5,893 bases of DNA from a virus (lineage: Duplodnaviria > Heunggongvirae > Uroviricota > Caudoviricetes). Of the stretch, positions 1 through 4,282 are shown piece by piece (positions within the stretch are counted from its first letter, which is position 1; each line of letters begins with the position of its first letter). The position numbers were made by a program, and so were the translations under genes. The DNA lies in the IMG/VR virus record IMGVR_UViG_2698536372_000022. The stretch is one strand, 5' to 3'. The notes beneath the pieces are model-generated. The model did no database searches. It was not told the origin of the DNA and saw only the letters and a list, made by a program, of their open reading frames with translations.

Positions 1-197
1 CCAGGTTTATCCTCGCAGACAATAAATTTATAAGCGCAGTCCTGAGCAGCCGGATAATGTTCCAGGAACTGCCAGTGAAATTTTGCTCGAGCACGGCGTT
101 CGTCGCCAGCTTCAATGGCTGTGGCTACAGCCACAGAGCCTTCTTCCCTTGTTGCCAGTTCGTCAGGAATAGCGGCGCAAATAAAGACTTTACTCAT
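1..197 (-). CDS. 5' part of a prophage gene in the ydfE position (hypothetical protein); gene runs off the left edge of the window
   Basis: ATG at 195-197 on the minus strand, with GAGG about 10 nt upstream. The frame stays open to position 1, reading MSKVFICAAIPDELATREEGSVAVATAIEAGDERRARAKFHWQFLEHYPAAQDCAYKFIVCEDKP. It lies directly downstream of ydfD in the same orientation, as ydfE does in Qin-type prophages. The identification is by position, not by sequence recall. Confidence 0.6.
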   Translation of the reverse strand, partial: MSKVFICAAIPDELATREEGSVAVATAIEAGDERRARAKFHWQFLEHYPAAQDCAYKFIVCEDKP

Positions 198-290
198 TTT
201 GTTTTAACCTCATGACAGATTTAAGGATGAACAAATCCCTGCCATTGCTGGCATATAAGAATGAAACCGGATATTTATTACGGAACTGTT

Positions 291-482
291 TTAAAGACCT
301 GCCGGGATTTCGATATTATCCTGGTGAATAACTTTATCGACCGGGTAACAGTTACCGGGAATTTTCTGTTCGGTTGCTGCAGTCATACACTCCTGCATTG
401 TCCTGTGAACACTGACTGCAATATCAACTGGCACTCCGGAAACAAGAAAAACTGTCAGAACAAGCGCAAATGCTGAATTCAT
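291..482 (-). CDS. ydfD: YdfD-family small prophage lysis protein (63 aa)
   Basis: Internal Met of the 291..536 ORF gives MNSAFALVLTVFLVSGVPVDIAVSVHRTMQECMTAATEQKIPGNCYPVDKVIHQDNIEIPAGL, which matches E. coli YdfD as I recall it. Its ATG (480-482) overlaps the dicB stop (479-481) as ATGA, suggesting translational coupling. It has an N-terminal hydrophobic segment. Confidence 0.85.
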   Translation of the reverse strand: MNSAFALVLTVFLVSGVPVDIAVSVHRTMQECMTAATEQKIPGNCYPVDKVIHQDNIEIPAGL

Positions 483-667
483 TGTGCACATCCTTTTGGC
501 ATCAGACGTAAACGAGCCAGCATTGAAACAATGCATATTTTATTTAATAGCTCCCGTTCTTGTTTTCTCTTGTTAATGGCATCTTCAGTAAATACAGGGT
601 TACTGATAGTGACACCAATTTCAAAACAACCTTCAGACGTATTAACGTTTGGTAATAACGTTTTCAT
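479..667 (-). CDS. dicB: Cell-division inhibitor DicB (62 aa; acts with MinC on FtsZ)
   Basis: Internal Met of the 479..772 ORF gives MKTLLPNVNTSEGCFEIGVTISNPVFTEDAINKRKQERELLNKICIVSMLARLRLMPKGCAQ, which is the E. coli DicB sequence as I recall it. GAGGA lies about 9 nt upstream of the ATG at 665-667 on the minus strand. The longer N-terminal extension in the ORF track has no ribosome-binding site and is not expected. Confidence 0.9.
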   Translation of the reverse strand: MKTLLPNVNTSEGCFEIGVTISNPVFTEDAINKRKQERELLNKICIVSMLARLRLMPKGCAQ

Positions 668-836
668 TATCGCGTCCTCAACAATGAATTTTGTGATGCA
701 GTGCCTGGTGCCTCCAGGTGACGTTAACCAGTTAACAATTAACGTCGGATACAGAGAATCCACCCATAACACTGTTTTTGGTTTTAACTGTTCCGCGTGC
801 GCTTAGCCGTATTCACCGCATCACAAAATTCACTTT

Positions 837-894
837 AAAAAGGGCGGCAGAGCAGTCACGGAGTAAAACTGATACCGCCAAACGTCACCAGAAA
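837..894 (-). ncRNA. dicF: DicF small regulatory RNA (53-nt mature sRNA plus U-tail of its intrinsic terminator)
   Basis: Reverse complement of 842-894 reads TTTCTGGTGACGTTTGGCGGTATCAGTTTTACTCCGTGACTGCTCTGCCGCCC, followed by TTTTT (837-841). This is the DicF sequence as I recall it, with its GC stem and U-tract terminator. It sits between the ydfB/ydfC region and dicB, as in the Qin dicB operon. Confidence 0.9.
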
Positions 895-1153
895 ATTGAT
901 AACAGAGGGCGTTGCAGCGGGGTTGTCACTTAAGCGTATGGTCAACCTGACAACCCGGTGTCCTCAACGGGGAAGGAATAACCCCGCCATACTTACCGCC
1001 GCGCCATTTTGCGGGTTGCCACAACCGGAAGCGCACGGTCGAATTAAATTTAACGACACCGTACAGTGAGACGAACTTCGCCGTGCGCTTTCGTGTTGTG
1101 TGCCTGCTTTTAACCACGTCAGGCGAGGTGGTATCCTTAAAATCACCACAGTT

Positions 1154-1729
1154 TTAAGGATTCATTAAGCAATGTCGCAACCACCAATAAATCCGCTTAA
1201 GAACATGAAAATTGATTACTGGTATAAAGCGCTTACAGTTGTTGGCGCTGCGTTGTTTGTCTTTAATGGAACGTCTTTTTTTGACAGATATCCCGTTGTT
1301 CCATTGGGTTTTTTGTCCTCCGGCATCTTTTTTATTGGTTTGGGGGAGTGGATTAATCACCCTCTCATAGTGAGATTTATTGGTCCTGGAGTTTGGACTC
1401 GTGGATATAATCGTTCTTCGTGCGCACTCGGTATCATCTTCGACATACTTGGTTGTTTCCTGATTGTTACAGGAGTCGTCAAGTTCTTCTGATGTAAAAC
1501 CGCAAATGGGGCACGTAACGGGAATTTTGAAAAGCGTTTCTCCGGGTTCCAGAACAAAATTTTCTGCGGTCTGATTTTGCTTCTCATATTTGTGCTCCGC
1601 GTCATTGTGAGAGCACATTCTTATTCTGAGTGCCTGTTTAAACTCACTGAAGCTGAGAGCTTCTTCGCCTTCGGCAAGGCCTTCGAAGTATTCTTCGTAA
1701 GCCTTTTCCATGATTGTGTTGAAATCCAT
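1154..1729 (-). CDS. YdfB-like prophage protein; open reading frame continues for 191 codons, C-terminal extent uncertain
   Basis: ATG at 1727-1729 on the minus strand lies 1 nt after the ydfA stop, with GGTGAG upstream. The N-terminus MDFNTIMEKAYEEYFEGLAEGEEALSFSEFKQAL is acidic and protein-like and includes a CPICG motif. The frame stays open to 1154, but the last ~100 residues are K/R/N/T-rich low complexity, which is what the antisense of a hydrophobic ORF looks like. The K-12 counterpart is much shorter as I recall. Confidence 0.45.
   Translation of the reverse strand: MDFNTIMEKAYEEYFEGLAEGEEALSFSEFKQALRIRMCSHNDAEHKYEKQNQTAENFVLEPGETLFKIPVTCPICGFTSEELDDSCNNQETTKYVEDDTECARRTIISTSPNSRTNKSHYERVINPLPQTNKKDAGGQKTQWNNGISVKKRRSIKDKQRSANNCKRFIPVINFHVLKRIYWWLRHCLMNP
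1172..1492 (+). CDS. Candidate small membrane protein (106 aa, about 3 hydrophobic segments), convergent with and antisense to the ydfB-like ORF
   Basis: ATG at 1172 with AAGGA 12 nt upstream. Product MSQPPINPLKNMKIDYWYKALTVVGAALFVFNG...GFLSSGIFFIGLGEW...ALGIIFDILGCFLIVTGVVKFF has three hydrophobic stretches of transmembrane length. The ORF contains no TTA, CTA or TCA codons. It is mutually exclusive with the minus-strand ORF over the same bases, so only one can be the selected frame. Confidence 0.3.
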   Translation: MSQPPINPLKNMKIDYWYKALTVVGAALFVFNGTSFFDRYPVVPLGFLSSGIFFIGLGEWINHPLIVRFIGPGVWTRGYNRSSCALGIIFDILGCFLIVTGVVKFF

Positions 1730-1730
1730 A

Positions 1731-1886
1731 TCACTCACCTGAGTTTCTTTCCAGCCAGCGACGGGCACCATTTTCGGTTTTAAACGTTTTGCTTTTGGTA
1801 TACGTCATCGCGGTGAACGTGCCGTCCTGGTTGGGGAACACGCCACATACCAGAGATTCGCTGTTGCCAAGATCGATAGTATCCAT
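1731..1886 (-). CDS. ydfA: YdfA-family small prophage protein (51 aa, DUF1391-like)
   Basis: Internal Met of the 1731..2042 ORF gives MDTIDLGNSESLVCGVFPNQDGTFTAMTYTKSKTFKTENGARRWLERNSGE. GAGGT lies 7-8 nt upstream of the ATG at 1884-1886 on the minus strand. It is the first gene downstream of the dicA-like repressor gene, the ydfA position in Qin. The N-terminal extension in the ORF track is unsupported. Confidence 0.85.
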   Translation of the reverse strand: MDTIDLGNSESLVCGVFPNQDGTFTAMTYTKSKTFKTENGARRWLERNSGE

Positions 1887-1962
1887 GCTGACCTCATTTC
1901 CCCTTAACGCCGGGGTAGCGGAACTGTTTGCTGAGAACACCGTGCGGTGTCTTGATGGAGGT

Positions 1963-1991
1963 AATTTAGTTTTCTCATTATTTTTCGTCAA
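1963..1991 (-). promoter_or_regulatory. Candidate sigma70 promoter of the leftward dicB operon (ydfA-ydfB-dicF-dicB-ydfD)
   Basis: Minus strand reads TTGACG (-35, plus-strand 1986-1991), a 17-nt spacer, then TAAATT (-10, plus-strand 1963-1968). The predicted transcription start is about 70 nt upstream of the ydfA ATG. Operator-like motifs overlap the spacer/-10 and lie just upstream of the -35. Confidence 0.5.
1964..1977. promoter_or_regulatory. Operator-like site O3 (imperfect TGAG-N4-CTAAA) overlapping the -10/spacer of the dicB-operon promoter
   Basis: Minus strand reads aTGAGAAAACTAAA. It shares the 10-nt core TGAGAAAACT with the sites at 2001-2014 and 2537-2550. Confidence 0.4.
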
Positions 1992-2000
1992 GGTTTTTTG

Positions 2001-2014
2001 ATGAGAAAACTCAA
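2001..2014. promoter_or_regulatory. Operator-like site O2 (ATGAG-AAAA-CTCAA) immediately upstream of the dicB-operon -35
   Basis: Plus strand reads aTGAGAAAACTCAA at 2001-2014. It shares a 13-nt core with the palindromic site in the dicA/dicC intergenic region. Confidence 0.45.
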
Positions 2015-2078
2015 GTGTTGGCGCAAGATAAAGCCAATACATTGAAATGTAAGGCTTTAAAATTTTGTGAAGGGATGA

Positions 2079-2486
2079 TTATTGATGCTTGTTGCGTTTG
2101 CGAGCCTCTAATAGCTCGGTGAACAGGCGATTAAAATTCTCAACGCGGGCGCGGAGTTCGCTGAGTTGTGCTTGTTGCTCTGATTTAGGAAGTGCGCGAT
2201 ACAAACGCAGCATCTCTAACTCATCTTCCGATAAGTCTAAGGCACTATCGAGTGAAACAGGGGGAGCTGGTGTTTTGTCCTCGTCGCCAAACAGTATCCA
2301 AGTTGGTGAACATTGCAATACCTCGGCGAGGCGATGCAAATTTTGCCCGCGCGGGGCTGTATGGTCACTTTCCCATAATGAAATTGATGAGCCAGATACG
2401 CCAGCAGCTTTGCTTAAACCGTTTTGACTTAAGCCTACCTGCTTACGTCTTTCTCTAATGCGTTGACCTAAAGTTTTCTCGTTCAT
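2079..2486 (-). CDS. dicA: DicA-like prophage repressor (XRE-family HTH, 135 aa; no S24 peptidase domain)
   Basis: From the second Met the product is MNEKTLGQRIRERRKQVGLSQNGLSKAAGVSGSSISLWESDHTAPRGQNLHRLAEVLQCSPTWILFGDEDK... It aligns along its full length with E. coli DicA as I recall it (METKNLTIGERIRYRRKNL...VLQCSPTWILFGDEDK) and has the same length. There is no Shine-Dalgarno before the ATG at 2484-2486, so it is leaderless-like, as is common for cI-type genes. It is divergent from the cro-like gene. Confidence 0.9.
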   Translation of the reverse strand: MNEKTLGQRIRERRKQVGLSQNGLSKAAGVSGSSISLWESDHTAPRGQNLHRLAEVLQCSPTWILFGDEDKTPAPPVSLDSALDLSEDELEMLRLYRALPKSEQQAQLSELRARVENFNRLFTELLEARKRNKHQ

Positions 2487-2507
2487 ATTTAGATATCTTA
2501 ATAACCC

Positions 2508-2537
2508 TTGACTTGAGATTCCTTGAGTGATTAGCAT
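2508..2537 (+). promoter_or_regulatory. Candidate rightward early promoter for the dicC-like operon
   Basis: TTGACT (2508-2513), an 18-nt spacer, then TAGCAT (2532-2537). The palindromic operator at 2537-2550 sits at the predicted transcription start. TTGAG half-sites recur at 2513, 2523 and 2537 with 10-bp spacing. Confidence 0.4.
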
Positions 2538-2550
2538 TGAGAAAACTCAA
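2537..2550. promoter_or_regulatory. Operator-like palindrome O1 (TTGAG-AAAA-CTCAA) in the dicA/dicC divergent intergenic region
   Basis: Perfect 5-bp inverted half-sites around an A4 centre, located between the divergent repressor and cro-like genes. The same core is found at the dicB-operon promoter. Confidence 0.5.
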
Positions 2551-2563
2551 TATTGGAGGTGCG

Positions 2564-2791
2564 ATGTTTAAATCAGACGTAATTAATTTTTACGGTACGA
2601 AAGCCAAAGTAGCGAAAGCTGCTGGCGTTGACCCATCTGCTGTTTCTCAATGGCAAGAGCTGGTTCCTGAAGGTCGCGCGATGCGTCTACAGGAGGCATC
2701 TGGCGGCGAGCTTCTGTATGATCCCAAGGTTTATGACGAATATCGTAAGACGAAGCGGGCGGGGCGGTTGAACAATGAAAATCACTCCTGA
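2564..2791 (+). CDS. dicC: DicC/Cro-like transcriptional regulator (75 aa, YdaS/DicC family HTH)
   Basis: ATG at 2564 with GGAGG 4 nt upstream. Product MFKSDVINFYGTKAKVAKAAGVDPSAVSQWQELVPEGRAMRLQEASGGELLYDPKVYDEYRKTKRAGRLNNENHS. The C-terminal half matches E. coli DicC as I recall it. It is divergent from the repressor gene. The TTG start at 2537 in the ORF track is less likely. Confidence 0.85.
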   Translation: MFKSDVINFYGTKAKVAKAAGVDPSAVSQWQELVPEGRAMRLQEASGGELLYDPKVYDEYRKTKRAGRLNNENHS

Positions 2792-3296
2792 ACAGGCTCG
2801 TGAGGCTCTGGATGCCTGGATATGTCGACCAGGAATGACACAGGAGCAGGCGACGATATTAATCACTGAAGCATTCTGGGCTTTGAAAGAGCGCCCGAAC
2901 ATCGATGTTCAGCGTGTCACAGATGAAGGTGGCGCGGTTGATCAGCGAGCACTTGGCGTTAATCGAGTGAAGATATTCGAACGCTGGAAGGCTATCGACA
3001 CCAGGGATAAGCGTGAAAAGTTCACGGCGCTAGTGCCTGCAATTATGGAGGCTATTCGGATTAATGATTTCAGGTTGTATCGTGAAATTAGTGACGGAAA
3101 AAGCATCACGTACATGATCGCCGGGTTAAACAAAGAATATGGCGATGTGGTGGAGTCCGGACTGCTTTTTGCTGATCCTGCCGTAGTGGATCGTGAAACT
3201 GACGAACTTATAGAAAAAGCAATTGCTTTCAAACTTGCGTATCGACAGCAATACCAACAAAAAGCTGGATGGAATTATGAGCCTTCTTTTTGCTGA
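2775..3296 (+). CDS. ydaT: YdaT-family protein (PF06254-like; proposed CII-equivalent regulator, historically annotated as toxin YdaT)
   Basis: The N-terminus MKITPEQAREALDAW and the block KIFERWKAIDTRDKREKFTALVPAIMEAI follow the pattern of Rac YdaT as I recall it (MKI...RW...REK...L.PAI). It overlaps the dicC-like stop by 17 nt and lies in the cII position of the early-right operon. Confidence 0.8.
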   Translation: MKITPEQAREALDAWICRPGMTQEQATILITEAFWALKERPNIDVQRVTDEGGAVDQRALGVNRVKIFERWKAIDTRDKREKFTALVPAIMEAIRINDFRLYREISDGKSITYMIAGLNKEYGDVVESGLLFADPAVVDRETDELIEKAIAFKLAYRQQYQQKAGWNYEPSFC

Positions 3297-4242
3297 ACGC
3301 CCACTGGTTATAAACACACAGCTTGCGATGAAGATTGGCTTAAATGAAGCCATTGTGTTGCAGCAGTTGCATTACTGGTTGAGAGATACCAATTCCGGCA
3401 TGGAATGTGATGGTGTTCGCTGGATTTACAACACAACGGAACAATGGCTGGAACAGTTCCCATTCTGGTCAGAGTCAACGTTAAAGCGCGCGTTTGCAAG
3501 TCTGAAAACGCTGGGGCTTTTGCGTTGTGAAAAGCTCAATAAATCAAAGCGCGATATGACCAATTTCTACACGATCAACTACGGGAGCGAGCTTTTAGAT
3601 GGTGGCAAATTGAGCGAATCCATCGGTTTAAAATGCGCCGCTCCATCAGGTCAAAATGACACGATGGAAGAGGTCAAAATGAAACGCTCCATTGGTTCAA
3701 AACGACCCAATGTCATCGGGTCAAAATGGCCTGATGATCTTACAGAGAATACAACAGAGATTACTACAGAGAATAAAAACACTTTTCGTCCGGAAGCTTC
3801 GCAACCGGACCAGCAGACCGCTGAACAGGATTTTTTAACCCGGAACCCCGACGCGGTTGTGTTTAGTGCGAAAAAACGCCAGTGGGGTAGCAGGGAGGAT
3901 TTGGCGTGTGCGCAGTGGATTTGGGGGCGGATCGTGAACCTTTACGAACAGGCTGCCAGCGACGATGGAGAGATCATGCGACCAAAAGAGCCTAACTGGA
4001 CAGCCTGGGCCAATGACGTGCGCACAATGCGGATGCTGGATGGCAGAAGCCACAGACAAATTTGCGAAATGTTTGGTCGGGTACAGCGAGATCAATTCTG
4101 GGTAAAAAACATCATGAGCCCGTCAAAACTCCGCGAAAAATGGGACGAACTGGTCATCCGCCTGGGACGTTCACCTGTACAGCGTTGTGTGAATCATATT
4201 TCTGAACCGGATACAGAAATTCCGCCTGGTTTCAGGGGATAA
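3277..4242 (+). CDS. Phage replication initiation protein (O-like replisome organizer with C-terminal DnaT-like domain)
   Basis: From the ATG at 3277 the N-terminal region (MSLLFAERPLVINTQLAMKIGLNEAIVLQQLHYWL...) resembles the phage replisome-organizer N-domain. The C-terminal region (NWTAWANDVRTMRMLDGRSHRQICEMFGRVQRDQFWVKNIMSPSKLREKWDE) resembles the DnaT C-terminal domain. The central linker is encoded by iteron repeats. The gene overlaps the ydaT-like stop by 20 nt. The TTG at 3223 is a less likely start. Confidence 0.85.
   Translation: MSLLFAERPLVINTQLAMKIGLNEAIVLQQLHYWLRDTNSGMECDGVRWIYNTTEQWLEQFPFWSESTLKRAFASLKTLGLLRCEKLNKSKRDMTNFYTINYGSELLDGGKLSESIGLKCAAPSGQNDTMEEVKMKRSIGSKRPNVIGSKWPDDLTENTTEITTENKNTFRPEASQPDQQTAEQDFLTRNPDAVVFSAKKRQWGSREDLACAQWIWGRIVNLYEQAASDDGEIMRPKEPNWTAWANDVRTMRMLDGRSHRQICEMFGRVQRDQFWVKNIMSPSKLREKWDELVIRLGRSPVQRCVNHISEPDTEIPPGFRG
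3625..3728. repeat. Iteron array (5 copies of GGTCAAAATG-like repeat, about 23-24 bp period) inside the O-like gene; putative prophage replication origin
   Basis: GGTTTAAAATG at 3625, GGTCAAAATG at 3649, GGTCAAAATG at 3672, GGTTCAAAACG at 3694 and GGTCAAAATG at 3719. The protein linker they encode is correspondingly repetitive (SIGLK / IGSKRP / IGSKWP). Confidence 0.6.
3739..3790. repeat. AT-rich region with three ACAGAGA(A/T)TA direct repeats immediately downstream of the iterons (candidate DNA-unwinding element of the origin)
   Basis: Sequence cttACAGAGAATAcaACAGAGATTActACAGAGAATAaaaacac. It sits in the same position relative to the iterons as the AT-rich segment of lambda ori within gene O. 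Confidence 0.45.
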
Positions 4243-4282
4243 GTGTTGATTTTAGGGTATAAAGTAATGTTCAGGAGGACTT

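Noticed and set aside
261-476. Plus-strand ORF (71 aa) overlapping ydfD
   Set aside because: It is antisense to a recognised conserved gene (ydfD), has no convincing ribosome-binding site and a Cys/Asn-rich improbable composition.
531-806. Plus-strand ORF (91 aa) overlapping dicB and the dicF-dicB spacer
   Set aside because: It is antisense to dicB, whose sequence is recognised, and is most likely a chance open frame.
926-1149. Two overlapping minus-strand ORFs (63 and 61 aa) in the region upstream of DicF
   Set aside because: Arg/Pro/Ser/Gly-rich products typical of GC-rich noncoding sequence, with no Shine-Dalgarno. The region is better explained as the structured precursor/leader of DicF.
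1357-1605. Minus-strand ORF (82 aa, or 76 aa from the internal Met) in the positional equivalent of K-12 ydfC
   Set aside because: It overlaps the longer ydfB-frame ORF entirely and gives a basic, low-complexity product without a clear ribosome-binding site. It is not listed as a feature but is kept as an alternative in the findings, because K-12 annotation places ydfC in this frame as far as I recall.
1577-2001. Plus-strand ORFs 1577..1783 and 1789..2001
   Set aside because: They are antisense to the ydfB-like and ydfA genes and to the promoter region, with no ribosome-binding sites; considered chance ORFs.
2089-2458. Plus-strand ORFs 2089..2427 and 2192..2458 inside the repressor gene
   Set aside because: They are antisense to the confidently identified DicA-like repressor and have Ser/Arg-rich compositions.
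2775-3296. Calling the YdaT-like gene the toxin of a toxin-antitoxin pair with the cro-like gene
   Set aside because: The YdaS/YdaT toxin-antitoxin assignment is contested in the literature as I recall, and YdaT has been described as a CII-like DNA-binding regulator. Sequence alone cannot support a toxin call.
2687-3499. Minus-strand ORFs 2687..2902, 2942..3232, 3126..3353 and 3308..3499
   Set aside because: They are antisense to the dicC-like, ydaT-like and O-like genes, which have recognisable domain signatures; no independent support.
3835-4095. Minus-strand ORF (86 aa) inside the O-like gene
   Set aside because: It is antisense to the DnaT-like C-terminal domain region and its composition is not protein-like.
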